Positions 43,813-54,226 of a DNA stretch of 58,799 bases are shown piece after piece. Each line of letters begins with the position of its first letter. Position 1 is the stretch's first letter. The position numbers and the translations under genes are program-made. Source of the stretch: an uncultured Candidatus Saccharibacteria bacterium (GTDB taxonomy: Bacteria; Patescibacteriota; SICC01); NCBI GenBank assembly GCA_964525455.1, contig CAZGHP010000003.1, positions 1 to 58,799 on the forward strand, written 5' to 3'. The notes below the pieces were generated by a model, which saw only the letters and a list, made by a program, of their open reading frames with translations, ran no database searches and had not been told where the DNA came from.

Positions 43813-45579
43813 ATGCTGAACAGTGCTACCAACCCGGTCCAGTCGTCCGCCACGAAGTTTCAGGACGCCCTCGTCGAGCTGAAGCTGTTGACGCCCGAAC
43901 AGGCCAAGAACCTGCGGCTGCAAAGCATCAACTCCGGCACGCCGCTGGAACAACTGGCCAGGGACATGGGGCTGGTCGACGACGAAGGCATCGCCAAGGC
44001 CAAGGGGCTCATGCTGGGCCTCCCTTACGTCGACCTGCGGAACGAATCCGTGTCGCGAGAGGTCCTCCAGGCGGTCCCGCAGCAGGTCGCCAAGAACTAC
44101 GCCGTGGTCGCCTTCGCCAAACGCGGCAGCCGTTACCAGATCGCGCTACAGAATCCGAAGAACGTACAGGCGCTCGAAGCGCTTGAGTTCGTCACGAAAC
44201 GTTCCAAGCTGGCGGTAGACCTCCACATCGCCTCACGGGCGAGCGTCGAGCAATTGGTCAGTCAGTACGGTTCGCTTTCCGGCGAAGTCACCGAAGTGCT
44301 CAAGGAGACCGGTCCCGACGACCTCGCGATCGAAGACGTCGAAGAGGATCTCGGCTCCGCGCGGATGCTGGAAAAGGTCGTTTCCGAAGCGCCGATTGCC
44401 AAGGCGATCGGCGCGATCCTCAAGTACGCCGTGAAGACCAATGCCTCGGACGTCCATATCGAACCCACGGAAAGTGACATCAAGGTCCGCTATCGGCACG
44501 ACGGCGTGCTGGAGAACACCCTGAACCTGCCGCGCAAGACGTTGCCGGCGCTGGTCTCGCGGATCAAGATCCTCTCCAACCTGAAGATCGACGAGAGCCG
44601 GATTCCCCAGGACGGCCGTTTCAACTCGAAGTTCGAGGGACGGGAGATCGACTTCCGGGTCTCGACGTTTCCGACCGTGCATGGCGAGAAGGTCGTGATG
44701 CGCTTGCTCGACAAGGCCCAGGGCCTGAAGACGCTCGAGGAAATCGGCGTGTCCGGCCGCGGTTTCGACAAGATGGTCGAGGGGCTCGAGGAGCCGTACG
44801 GTATGACGCTGGTGACCGGCCCGACCGGTTCCGGTAAGTCGACCACGCTCTACGCCTCCCTGAGCCGGCTCAACAGCGTCGGCGTGAACATCGTGACGTT
44901 GGAAGACCCGGTGGAATATTCGGTCGACGGCGTGAACCAGTCGCAGATCAACCCGCAGATCGGATACAGCTTCGCCTCCGGCTTACGGAGTATCCTCCGC
45001 CAGGACCCGGACATCGTGATGGTCGGGGAAATCCGCGACGGGGAGACCGCCGACATGGCGGTGAACGCCTCGCTGACGGGACACATCGTCCTCTCCACCT
45101 TGCATACCAACGATGCGGCGGGCGCGCTCCCGCGGCTCGTGGACATGGGCGTGGAGCCCTTCCTGCTCGCCTCTTCGATCAACACCCTGATCGCCCAGCG
45201 GCTGGTACGGAAGATCTGCGACGCTTGCACGCAAACGGTCGAGATTTCCGCCCCCGAGCGGAAGACCGTCGAAGAGACGGTCGCGTCCATGCCGAAACAG
45301 ATCCGCGACGAACTCAAGCCGCTCAAAGACTACAAATTCCAGAAAGGTGCCGGATGTGATAAGTGCGGCAAAGGCGGCTATCGTGGCCGGATCGGCATCT
45401 TCGAAGTGCTCCCGATGTCGGACGGTATCAAGGAGCTGTTGCTCGGCAAGGCTTCCGGCACCGCCATTGCCAAACGTGCCATCGAAGAGGGTATGGTGAC
45501 GATGCAGATGGACGGCGTGCTGAAGGTCCTTGCAGGTATCACCACGATTGAAGAAGTCATGCTGAGGACAAAGGAGTAA
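43813..45579 (+). CDS. pilB: Type IV pilus extension ATPase PilB (GspE family)
   Basis: N-terminal T2SSE_N-like domain, Walker A GPTGSGKSTTLY, Asp box, Walker B, His box, and tetracysteine motif (CDAC...CDKCGKGGYRGRIGIFE). Confidence 0.95.
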   Translation: MLNSATNPVQSSATKFQDALVELKLLTPEQAKNLRLQSINSGTPLEQLARDMGLVDDEGIAKAKGLMLGLPYVDLRNESVSREVLQAVPQQVAKNYAVVAFAKRGSRYQIALQNPKNVQALEALEFVTKRSKLAVDLHIASRASVEQLVSQYGSLSGEVTEVLKETGPDDLAIEDVEEDLGSARMLEKVVSEAPIAKAIGAILKYAVKTNASDVHIEPTESDIKVRYRHDGVLENTLNLPRKTLPALVSRIKILSNLKIDESRIPQDGRFNSKFEGREIDFRVSTFPTVHGEKVVMRLLDKAQGLKTLEEIGVSGRGFDKMVEGLEEPYGMTLVTGPTGSGKSTTLYASLSRLNSVGVNIVTLEDPVEYSVDGVNQSQINPQIGYSFASGLRSILRQDPDIVMVGEIRDGETADMAVNASLTGHIVLSTLHTNDAAGALPRLVDMGVEPFLLASSINTLIAQRLVRKICDACTQTVEISAPERKTVEETVASMPKQIRDELKPLKDYKFQKGAGCDKCGKGGYRGRIGIFEVLPMSDGIKELLLGKASGTAIAKRAIEEGMVTMQMDGVLKVLAGITTIEEVMLRTKE

Positions 45580-45583
45580 AACC

Positions 45584-46732
45584 ATGAGCCCCGCCAATCC
45601 CAACCAGTCGAGCCGCGAGTCGTCCCCGGGCGACCCTGTCAGCATCGGTGCGCAGGTACCGAGCGATCCGGAACAGCAGATGGGGCAGTTGCTCCAATTG
45701 GTCGTGGAGCACGACGCTTCCGACCTCCACCTGACCGTCGGCGTCCGGCCGACCATCCGGATCGACGGCGTCCTGCATGAGGTCGACGACCACCAGGCGC
45801 TGACGCCCGAGCGCGTCGAAGGACTGCTCAACACCGTCCTTAACGCCGACCAGAAGAAACGCCTTAAGGAGGAGAAGGAGATCGACCTTTCGTTGCCGTA
45901 CGAGGACAAGGCCCGTTTCCGCGTGAACATGTTCACGCAGCGGGGCTACCTGGCCGCGGCCTTCCGCCTGATCCCGATGACGCTCAAGAGCTACAAGGAA
46001 CTCCAGCTTCCCGGGGAAATCGGCGGGTTCGCGCAGGCGAAGCAGGGCCTGGTCCTGTTCGCCGGCCCCACCGGCCACGGTAAGTCGACCACGCAGGCCG
46101 CGATCATCGACGACATCAACACGAACCGGGCCGAACACATCATCACGATCGAGGACCCGGTGGAATACACGCATGCCCACAAGCAGTCGATCATTGACCA
46201 GCGCGAGGTCGGGCAGGACACCAAGAGCTTCGCCAAAGCGCTCCGCTCGGTGCTTCGCGAGGACCCCGACGTGGTGCTGATCGGTGAGATGCGCGACCCG
46301 GAGACCATGGCCGCGGCGATGACGATCGCGGAGACCGGCCACCTGGTGTTCGCGACCGTCCACACCAACGACGCGCCCCAGACGATCGACCGGATCGTCG
46401 ACAGTTTCCCGAGCTACCAGCAAAGCCAGGTACGTTCGCAGCTGTCGCAGGTACTGTCCGGCGTGGTCAGCCAGCGCCTGCTTCCGGCGATCGGCGGCGG
46501 CCGGGTACCGGCGGTCGAGATCATGATCTCGACTTCGGCGATCCGTAACCTGATCCGTGAAAAGAAGACGCACCAGATCCCGAGCGCGATCCAGACCAGC
46601 TCCGAACAGGGCATGGTCTCCATGGAGAAGGCGCTTGCCGAACGGGTCCAGCAGGGGCTCGTGAAGTACGACGATGCGGTTCTGTATGCTAACGACAAGC
46701 GGACCCTGGGCAAACTGGTGAAGGGATACTAG
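45584..46732 (+). CDS. pilT: Type IV pilus retraction ATPase PilT
   Basis: ASDLHLTVG, Walker A GPTGHGKSTT, TIEDPVEY, VLIGEMRD and FATVHTN, of PilT length, with the AIRNLIRE motif. Confidence 0.95.
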   Translation: MSPANPNQSSRESSPGDPVSIGAQVPSDPEQQMGQLLQLVVEHDASDLHLTVGVRPTIRIDGVLHEVDDHQALTPERVEGLLNTVLNADQKKRLKEEKEIDLSLPYEDKARFRVNMFTQRGYLAAAFRLIPMTLKSYKELQLPGEIGGFAQAKQGLVLFAGPTGHGKSTTQAAIIDDINTNRAEHIITIEDPVEYTHAHKQSIIDQREVGQDTKSFAKALRSVLREDPDVVLIGEMRDPETMAAAMTIAETGHLVFATVHTNDAPQTIDRIVDSFPSYQQSQVRSQLSQVLSGVVSQRLLPAIGGGRVPAVEIMISTSAIRNLIREKKTHQIPSAIQTSSEQGMVSMEKALAERVQQGLVKYDDAVLYANDKRTLGKLVKGY

Positions 46733-46744
46733 TACCGGAACGAC

Positions 46745-47959
46745 ATGGCTGATTACCTCTACAAAGCACGAGACGCCGCCGGACGGCCCAAGACCGGCGA
46801 GATTTCCGCAGCGACCGAACAAGCGGCGGCGGAGTTGCTGGCGGAACACCAGCTGATCCTTACCAAGCTCCGACAGAAGAAGGAGCGTGGCTTCGATGTC
46901 TCGCGGCTGGTGACGGCTCTCAACCGGGTCGGCATGAAGGACAAGGTGATGTTCACCCGGCAGCTCGGGACGATGATCCGGTCCGGCTTGCCGATCGTCC
47001 AGGCACTGAACATCCTGGCGGAGCAGACGCAGAACCAGAAGTTCCGCAGTATCATCGAGGACCTGGCGGCCGGCATCGAGGGCGGCGCGAGCTTCTCGGC
47101 GGTGCTTGCCAAATATCCGAAGGTGTTCGACCGGGTCTTTATCAACTTGATACGTGCGGGCGAAGCCTCCGGCCAGCTCGACGAGACGCTGGATCGCCTG
47201 GCGACCCAGCAGGAAAAGTCCTACGGCATCGTCAAGAAGGTCCGCGGAGCCATGCTGTACCCGGCATTCGTGATGGTGGCGTTGGTAGCGGCGACCATCC
47301 TGATGCTGATCGTGGTCATCCCGCCCCTGAAGACGATTTTCGAAGGTGCCGGCGCGGAGCTGCCGTTCGCGACCCAGGTGCTGATCAAGATGTCCGACGC
47401 GCTGCGCGCGTACTGGTACCTCTTCCTGCTCGCGGCCATCGGCCTGGTCATCGCCGGCCGGCAAACGTTGAAAAGCGAAGGCGGCCGCACGATGTTCGAC
47501 CGCCTCAAGCTGAAACTCCCGATTTTCGGCGGCCTTTTCAAGAAGATCTACATCTCGCGGTTCACGCGTACGCTGGCGTCGCTGGTCGGCGGTGGCGTAC
47601 CGATCATCCAGGCGCTTGAGATCACGGCGGATTCGATCGGCAACGGCGTGTACCAGAAGGCGTTGCTCAAGGCCGCCAAACAGATCGAAGGCGGCGCCCC
47701 GCTCTCACAGCCGATCCGCGCCAACCCCAACTTCCCGCCGTTGGTACCGCAGATGATCTCCGTCGGTGAGCAGACCGGGAAGATGGAAGAAGTGCTCACG
47801 AAGCTCGCCGACTTCTATGAAGAAGAGGTGGATAACCTGGTCAAGAACCTGTCGACGCTGATGGAGCCGATCCTGATGGTCGTGATGGGCATCGCCGTGG
47901 GCGGGCTCCTGATCGCGATCCTGCTGCCGATCTACAACCTCGGAAGCGTAATCCAGTAG
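46745..47959 (+). CDS. pilC: Type IV pilus platform protein PilC (GspF family)
   Basis: Two T2SSF repeats ([19 protein letters not shown] / [19 protein letters not shown]) and three TM segments. Confidence 0.95.
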   Translation: MADYLYKARDAAGRPKTGEISAATEQAAAELLAEHQLILTKLRQKKERGFDVSRLVTALNRVGMKDKVMFTRQLGTMIRSGLPIVQALNILAEQTQNQKFRSIIEDLAAGIEGGASFSAVLAKYPKVFDRVFINLIRAGEASGQLDETLDRLATQQEKSYGIVKKVRGAMLYPAFVMVALVAATILMLIVVIPPLKTIFEGAGAELPFATQVLIKMSDALRAYWYLFLLAAIGLVIAGRQTLKSEGGRTMFDRLKLKLPIFGGLFKKIYISRFTRTLASLVGGGVPIIQALEITADSIGNGVYQKALLKAAKQIEGGAPLSQPIRANPNFPPLVPQMISVGEQTGKMEEVLTKLADFYEEEVDNLVKNLSTLMEPILMVVMGIAVGGLLIAILLPIYNLGSVIQ

Positions 47960-47967
47960 GCGGGCCC

Positions 47968-48420
<453 letters not shown>

Positions 48421-48609
48421 GCATTTGACGCGTATAGGGGTCTCCGCTACGCTGAGGCCAGTTTAGGCGGGATTCCGCTTAGGCACGTCGAAACAAAAAA
48501 CATAATGTCCTGTATCGGAATACGCACGAGACGTGAATCGCTGGCTTGCCGGCGGTAATTGAGCATGTTCGTAGACACTCAAATAAACCATGGAAGGGGG
48601 TGATATCAC

Positions 48610-49080
48610 ATGACACACGCCATCAAATCCTTGACGACGCGCAGTCAGCGGGGCTTCACCCTGATCGAACTGCTCGTGGTCATCGCCATCATCGCGATCC
48701 TGGCGGCATTGATCCTGGCGGCGCTCAACAGTGCCCAGCAGGGCAGCCGTGACTCGCGGCGGAAGAGCGACCTCAACCAGTACAAGACGGCGCTGGCCCA
48801 GTTCCGCTCGGACGAGGGGACCTACCCGGTCTCCGCGAACGTAGCCATGACATCCACGGCCGCCCCGTACGCGGGGACCCCGGCCCTCGATGACGGCTAC
48901 ATGACTGCATTCCTGTCGGATCCGACGAGCGGTCAGTCGTACTACTACATCGGTTCGGCTAACGACTTCGGCGTCTGCACGAACCTCGAACGTGGCGCGG
49001 CTGATTTCGCAGTCGGCCCGACCTACGCCGGTGACCCTCGTAATGGGGCCACGGCCACGGTCTGCACCGTCCAAGGCTAG
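48610..49080 (+). CDS. Type IV pilin (major-pilin candidate 2)
   Basis: Class III signal peptide with G|[16 protein letters not shown]. Strong SD (GGAAGGGGGTGA). 156 aa. Two Cys in the C-terminal region. Confidence 0.9.
   Translation: MTHAIKSLTTRSQRGFTLIELLVVIAIIAILAALILAALNSAQQGSRDSRRKSDLNQYKTALAQFRSDEGTYPVSANVAMTSTAAPYAGTPALDDGYMTAFLSDPTSGQSYYYIGSANDFGVCTNLERGAADFAVGPTYAGDPRNGATATVCTVQG
48652..48743 (+). repeat. Copy 2 of the 92-nt pilin 5' block
   Basis: See 48004-48095. Confidence 0.8.
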
Positions 49081-49091
49081 CTTTCCTTTCC

Positions 49092-49121
49092 GGCCTCGGG
49101 CGGCACGAACCGCCCGAGGCC
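49092..49121 (+). terminator. Perfect 12-bp GC hairpin after the second pilin gene (terminator/attenuator)
   Basis: GGCCTCGGGCGG-cacgaa-CCGCCCGAGGCC, 12 nt after the pilin stop. There is no adjacent T tract (the nearest TTTTT is about 25 nt downstream), so this may be partial termination or an mRNA-stabilising 3' end. Confidence 0.5.
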
Positions 49122-49164
49122 CGGCGAAGGGCCTTCCACTCCAAGGTTTTTCGCCACGAACGAC

Positions 49165-49995
49165 ATGTATACGATTCTTGTTTTCATCTTCGGACTCATT
49201 TTCGGCAGCTTCCTGTCGACGGTGTTCCATCGTCTTGAGATAGGCGATGTGGGAACGAAACGCCGCCGCCGGAAAGCCGCGCGAGAAGGGTTGGCATCGG
49301 GACGCTCCCGGTGCGACCACTGCAAACGCCAGCTCGACTGGCACGATAACATCCCGCTGGTCTCGTTCCTGTTGCTGCGCGGCAAGTGTCGGCACTGTGG
49401 CAAACGGATCAGTGAGTATCATCCGGTGCTTGAGCTGACGGCCGGCCTGGCGCTGGTCGCGGCTTGGCTGGCGTACGGTTTCTCCTGGCAGTTCGCGGTC
49501 TCCGGCTTCTTCGGCCTGGTGATGACGTTCCTGTTCGCGTACGACCTCAAGCACCAGATCATCCCGAACGTGGTCGTCGTGCCGGCCATCGCGGCCGCGC
49601 TGATCGTGATCCTCTTCCAGTACGCGCTGTTCCAGCAGGGCATTCCGATCCCGATCGGGCTCTGGTCGAGCGATCCGGACACCTACCTGCTCGGCGGCGG
49701 TGCGGCCGGCCTGTTCTTCCTGACGCTTTCCGCCGCCTCCGGCGGACGGTGGATCGGCGGCGGCGACGTCAAGCTCGCGGCGCTGATCGGGCTGGTGGTC
49801 GGCTGGCCGGCGGTATTGGTGGCTGTCTTCGCCGCGTACCTGGTCGGCCTGGCATACGCCCTGGTCCTGCTGCTGACCCGTAACGCCACTTTGCAAAGCT
49901 CCATCCCGTTCGGTCCGATGTTGGTGGCGGGTTATTTCATCGCCGCGTTCTATGCCGATTACTTCCTGAGTTGGTACGAAGGACTGGTGTTCTGA
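49165..49995 (+). CDS. pilD: Prepilin peptidase / N-methyltransferase PilD (A24 family)
   Basis: N-terminal Cys motifs (CDHCKRQL...GKCRHCGKRI), catalytic Asp regions (FAYDLKHQIIPN; GGGDVKLAALIG) and multiple TM helices. Confidence 0.9.
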   Translation: MYTILVFIFGLIFGSFLSTVFHRLEIGDVGTKRRRRKAAREGLASGRSRCDHCKRQLDWHDNIPLVSFLLLRGKCRHCGKRISEYHPVLELTAGLALVAAWLAYGFSWQFAVSGFFGLVMTFLFAYDLKHQIIPNVVVVPAIAAALIVILFQYALFQQGIPIPIGLWSSDPDTYLLGGGAAGLFFLTLSAASGGRWIGGGDVKLAALIGLVVGWPAVLVAVFAAYLVGLAYALVLLLTRNATLQSSIPFGPMLVAGYFIAAFYADYFLSWYEGLVF

Positions 49996-50606
49996 TGTTC
50001 CGGCGATCCATCAGGCAGGTGGCAGGGACGCTTCGCGACCAGCGCGGTTTCACGCTGCTGGAAATGATCACGGTCCTCTCCATCATCGGCATCCTCTCGG
50101 GATTGATTATCGCCAATACCGAACTCGGCGACCGCCGCCAGGTGCTTCGCGACTCGGCTTCCCAGTTCGTGACCCTGGTGCGCAACGTCGAGGCCCGGGC
50201 CGCGGCTTCCGAGACCGTGACCGATGATGAAGGCGTCGATTCGCCCCGCCGCGCGTACGGGATATGCATCTCCACCAGTGCGAACGCGAATCCCTGTGCC
50301 CAAGCAGCCGCGAATCAGTTGGCGGACGAGTACCAGCTCTACGCGCGGAAGACGACCGACACGGACTATACCAATCCGCCAGCCGACCCCGACATCCTGC
50401 AGACGGTGACGCTCCCGAATGACGTGATGTTCAGCTGGTCGGGCCATCTCGACTTCCTGCCGCCGCAACCGGCGTTGCTGGTGCTCGGCACTACCCAGGA
50501 CCGTTTCGTCAGGCTGCAGTTTACGGACGTGGAGAATTGCGCTGGCAGCAAGGATTGTGCGACGGTACGGTTTCGGCCGCGGGCGGGGGTAGTCTATGTC
50601 GAGTAA
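49995..50606 (+). CDS. Minor pilin / pseudopilin-like protein
   Basis: DQRG|FTLLEMITVLSIIGIL class III signal. TGATG overlap with pilD. Confidence 0.8.
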   Translation: MFRRSIRQVAGTLRDQRGFTLLEMITVLSIIGILSGLIIANTELGDRRQVLRDSASQFVTLVRNVEARAAASETVTDDEGVDSPRRAYGICISTSANANPCAQAAANQLADEYQLYARKTTDTDYTNPPADPDILQTVTLPNDVMFSWSGHLDFLPPQPALLVLGTTQDRFVRLQFTDVENCAGSKDCATVRFRPRAGVVYVE

Positions 50607-51267
50607 ACGCGACCAGCGCGGTTTCACACTGATCGAGATCGTCGTGATGATGGCGGTGGTCGTGATTGGCGTGCTGGCCACGCTGTCGGTGGCGAACCTG
50701 GCGGTCCGCACCAGCGAGTCCAACGAGCAGCGGGTGGCGGCCGTGAACCTCGCCCGGGAAGGGGTCGAGCTGGTCCGGGCGATCCGTGATTCGAACTGGG
50801 CGGCCACGGCCCAGGAGTCGGGCAGCCCGTGCTGGGATTACTATCCGATTTCCACTGCCCAACGCGCGGCGGTGCCCTACACGGCAAGCTGTGCCGACCA
50901 ACGCTGGTCCGCCCCTGCCTTTACGACCCCCCAGCACTTCGTGGTACATCCGAACGTAGGTAACGGTATGCCGCACCTGGCGCCCCAGTCCGCGGCCACC
51001 ACAAGCAACTCCGTCTACCGGCTGTGCCGGAACGCGGGTACCGGATTGTACACGCCGAGCGCCCTCGTCTGCACGGGTGCGGGCGCCGTGAACGCCGACA
51101 CGTTCTACCGGCGGGTCACCATCACTCGCGGCAAGAGTCTCGGGAACGATCCGGTCGATAGCCAACCCCGATACAATATCCGGGTCCAATCGTTCGTCAC
51201 GTGGTCGGGACACGACGGGCCGGACATGATGGTGGAGACCTACCTTACGGACTGGAGGAAGTTCTGA
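50596..51267 (+). CDS. Minor pilin-like protein (PilV-like)
   Basis: DQRG|FTLIEIVVMMAVVVIGVL class III signal. 11-nt overlap with the upstream gene. Confidence 0.8.
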   Translation: MSSKRDQRGFTLIEIVVMMAVVVIGVLATLSVANLAVRTSESNEQRVAAVNLAREGVELVRAIRDSNWAATAQESGSPCWDYYPISTAQRAAVPYTASCADQRWSAPAFTTPQHFVVHPNVGNGMPHLAPQSAATTSNSVYRLCRNAGTGLYTPSALVCTGAGAVNADTFYRRVTITRGKSLGNDPVDSQPRYNIRVQSFVTWSGHDGPDMMVETYLTDWRKF

Positions 51268-52532
51268 TGGGCCGGCTGCGGAAGATCTGGCAGGACCAGC
51301 GGGGCTACACCCTGGTCGAACTCATCGTCTCCTCGATGATCTTCATCCTGATCTCCATCGTGGCGGTGGGGGTATTCGTGAGCGTCTCGCAGACTTCCAG
51401 CAAGACCGCCGCGCAGCGCAAGGTCCAGCAGGATGTGCGGGTGAACATCGAGGAAGTGGCCCGGACGATCCGGTCATCCAAGGTCGACTACGCGTTCTAT
51501 CGGGAATCCAGCTCCGACCCCCGGTGCCGGTTGCCGACGGACGGCACGGGCAGCCGGGCGGTCTCGCTCATACAGACCCAGGCCGGCCCGTCCAATACCC
51601 CGGTGGATACCCGCATCATCTTCTTCTACGACCCAGGGAGCACGCCGGCCCAAGGCACGGGCGCGCTGTATCGTTATGAGACCAGTGCCGATGCACCGAC
51701 TCCCGCTTGCGGCGACCTCTTCGCCGCGGACAACGGAAAGGTGCGTCTGACCGCCGACAACGTGGCGGTCACCGGTACGCGCTTCTTCGTGAGTCCGGTG
51801 GTCGATCCGGCCGGCCCGGCGTGCGCCAACCCGGCGAACCAGGCGTGCCAATTGCCCAAGAACACCCACCCGCGCGTCACCGTCAGCGTGACGGTCCGCA
51901 CGATCGGCGTGTTCGCGACTAACGTCAACGAACAGTCACAGTTCAGCGAGACCACCCTGCAGACGACGGTCGGCAGCCGTGCCTATCCGATCAGCGGCCT
52001 GGTCGGCCAGCCGGAAGGGGGGACGCCCACCACTCCGACCCCCACCCCCGAACCAGCACCGGAGATAATCGTCCGGGACGGCAACGACTTCTTCCTGTGC
52101 CAGGTCACCGGTCGTTCCGATTACTGCCAGGACGATCCCGGCCACCTGACCGCGGTCTATGCGCTCAGCGGAGGCACCGGAGGAAATCCGCCGTTCCGCG
52201 TAGCCTATACGTTCGCGGTGCCGTCCGCTGGCACCTACGACCTGAAGCTGTCGTACTACAACTTCCCGCTCGGGAACCTGAACCCGCCTTCCGGGTACGG
52301 GTACCGGCTCACGGCCCGGGCGCTCTCGCCGAACGGGACGGTCCAGGACACGGTCAACGTGCCGATCGAGAATGCGAGTTCCGCCGCGAACCCGCGTGTC
52401 GGCCTGCTTCTCTCCGACCTCAACCTGCCCGTCGGGACGGTCACCGTCGTGATCGACTGGACCAACGACTCATACAGCCCGGGAGTGTTCGACGCGAACC
52501 TCGGCATCGTTAACGTATTCCTGGAGGGGTGA
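51267..52532 (+). CDS. Modular minor pilin (PilW-like N-terminus, Pro/Thr linker, C-terminal beta-sandwich-like module)
   Basis: DQRG|YTLVELIVSSMIFILISI class III signal. Linker GGTPTTPTPTPEPAPE. The C-terminal 130 aa (YTFAVPSAGTYDLKLSYYNF...VTVVIDWTNDSY) look like a carbohydrate-binding-module-type jelly roll. Confidence 0.75.
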   Translation: MGRLRKIWQDQRGYTLVELIVSSMIFILISIVAVGVFVSVSQTSSKTAAQRKVQQDVRVNIEEVARTIRSSKVDYAFYRESSSDPRCRLPTDGTGSRAVSLIQTQAGPSNTPVDTRIIFFYDPGSTPAQGTGALYRYETSADAPTPACGDLFAADNGKVRLTADNVAVTGTRFFVSPVVDPAGPACANPANQACQLPKNTHPRVTVSVTVRTIGVFATNVNEQSQFSETTLQTTVGSRAYPISGLVGQPEGGTPTTPTPTPEPAPEIIVRDGNDFFLCQVTGRSDYCQDDPGHLTAVYALSGGTGGNPPFRVAYTFAVPSAGTYDLKLSYYNFPLGNLNPPSGYGYRLTARALSPNGTVQDTVNVPIENASSAANPRVGLLLSDLNLPVGTVTVVIDWTNDSYSPGVFDANLGIVNVFLEG

Positions 52533-54226
52533 TGAGAAAGCTCTGGCACAACCTGAAGGACAGCACGGGCAACGCCGTTCTCTTCTCGCTGGTCATCATG
52601 GGATCGGCGCTCACCGCCAGCCTCGGGATGGCCACGCTCGTGACCGGTGAGATCCGCAACGTCGCGCTGATCCCGCCGTCGGAGCGGGCCTACTACAAGG
52701 CCGAGAGCTACATTGAGCAAGGCCTGTGGGAGAAGAAGCAGGACGCGGATTTCCAGTTCCCGTCCCTGGAGGACCCGGACGCGGCCCTGCCTGCGGACTT
52801 CCTGTGTCCCGGCGGTTCCTGCTTCACGACCGATCCCGGGCAACAGACTGATTTCCTGATCGATTTCCTGGCGACCACCTCGCCGACCAGCGACGACCTT
52901 CCGTTGCCGCAGGATGAGGTCAGGCAACTGGACGTCGCCACCACGCCGACCACATCCGCCTCGGGCTGCCTGACCTTGGGAGAGGTCGTGGGAGAGGCCG
53001 GCTTCAACGGCGTGGAGGTGACGATCGTCGCGTTCTCGAATACCGATTCCACCAACCGGTTCCCGACCGACGACCCTTCGACGCCGGTCTTCGTGGAGAA
53101 ACGGGTGGTTCCGGCGGGTACGAGTCCGAGCGTCCTGCTCGGCGCCGGGACCGTCAATGCGCTCGGGGAAGCATCCCCGCCATTGACGGACTCCACGTTC
53201 CGCCTGCGCCTCAGGGCGCTCGGTTCGGACGCCACCGTCACCCCGCGGGTCACCACGGGCGGCTGCGGCAGCGGCAACCCCTTGGTACTGCGCAGCCCTG
53301 ACTTCACGGTCCGGGCGGTGGCGCGGGACGACAACGCGCAGCGGGGGATCCAGGTACTGACGCCGGCCTCCCAGGAGATCGTGAACGTCTTCGACTACGT
53401 CTTGTTCTCCGACCTCGACCTCTCCAAGCTCGATGCCAAGGTGCCGGAGACCGCTACGAGCCAATCGGTCGTCGTGCCGGTGCGAATGGTCAGTGGCTGC
53501 AGTTCCGGCAGCGAACAGCCGATTCCCGGTGTCGACCACAACCAGACGTCGAGACTGAACATTACGATCGATAACGGCCAAAGCGCGCCGGTCAGCGTCG
53601 GCAGCAGTGCGATCTTCACCAACCTGGAGCCGGGCGTGGAGTACCGGGTCAGCGCCTTCTCGTCTCAGGGCTGGTATCACGCATGCAACAGCCCTCAGGC
53701 GGTGATAACGGAATCGAATCAGCAAGTGACTTCGCCGACGCTGCGGATGGTACCGCAACCACGGATTCCGCTGTACCGGCTCTGGAGCCTTTCCCACTTC
53801 GCGGACCACTTCTATACCATCAACGTCAATGAATACATCCAACGGCGGGACTTCATATCGGGAGCCGCGCCGTATAATTCGCAGGAAGGAATCACCGGGT
53901 ATGTCTATCAGATCCAGATGCCCGGTACCGGCCCGTTCTACCGGCTCTGGAGCCCGGGTGCGATGGATCACTTCTACACGATGAGCGCGGCGGAGCGCGA
54001 CAGCGCCATCGCCGTACATGGGTACGTATACCAGAACATTTCCGGATACCTGTGGCCGTACAACGGCACGTGTCCTGCCGGTAGCGGCCCGCTCTACCGG
54101 AGTAACCGCGGCGATGACCACTTCTATACCGCCAGCGTGGATGAGTGGAACTCAGCGGCAGCGGCTAGTCCGCCCTGGGTAAAAGAGGGTATCGCGGGCT
54201 GCATCTGGTCTTCGCCGCCCATATGA
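52529..54226 (+). CDS. PilX-like pilus protein with C-terminal DHFYT-type repeats
   Basis: N-terminus (STGNAVLFSLVIMGSALTASLGMATLV) resembles PilX_N: a hydrophobic helix without Glu5. Large beta-rich middle region. Three C-terminal repeats containing (L/F)YR(L/S)...DHFYT. Confidence 0.65.
   Translation: MMRKLWHNLKDSTGNAVLFSLVIMGSALTASLGMATLVTGEIRNVALIPPSERAYYKAESYIEQGLWEKKQDADFQFPSLEDPDAALPADFLCPGGSCFTTDPGQQTDFLIDFLATTSPTSDDLPLPQDEVRQLDVATTPTTSASGCLTLGEVVGEAGFNGVEVTIVAFSNTDSTNRFPTDDPSTPVFVEKRVVPAGTSPSVLLGAGTVNALGEASPPLTDSTFRLRLRALGSDATVTPRVTTGGCGSGNPLVLRSPDFTVRAVARDDNAQRGIQVLTPASQEIVNVFDYVLFSDLDLSKLDAKVPETATSQSVVVPVRMVSGCSSGSEQPIPGVDHNQTSRLNITIDNGQSAPVSVGSSAIFTNLEPGVEYRVSAFSSQGWYHACNSPQAVITESNQQVTSPTLRMVPQPRIPLYRLWSLSHFADHFYTINVNEYIQRRDFISGAAPYNSQEGITGYVYQIQMPGTGPFYRLWSPGAMDHFYTMSAAERDSAIAVHGYVYQNISGYLWPYNGTCPAGSGPLYRSNRGDDHFYTASVDEWNSAAAASPPWVKEGIAGCIWSSPPI
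53762..54208 (+). repeat. Three tandem repeats of about 45-55 aa with a P(L/F)YR...DHFYT....E......Y..EGI(T/A)G(Y/C) pattern
   Basis: PLYRLWSLSHFADHFYTINVNEY...QEGITGYVY; PFYRLWSPGAMDHFYTMSAAERD...VYQNISGYLW; PLYRSNRGDDHFYTASVDEW...KEGIAGCIW. I believe this corresponds to the repeat family catalogued as DUF5648. That assignment is from memory. Confidence 0.7.

Noticed and set aside
52256-54121. 621-aa minus-strand ORF opposite the last two pilin-like genes.
   Set aside because: A GC-rich antisense artefact. The + strand has class III signal peptides and DHFYT repeats, and its genes are chained by ATGA/TGATG overlaps.
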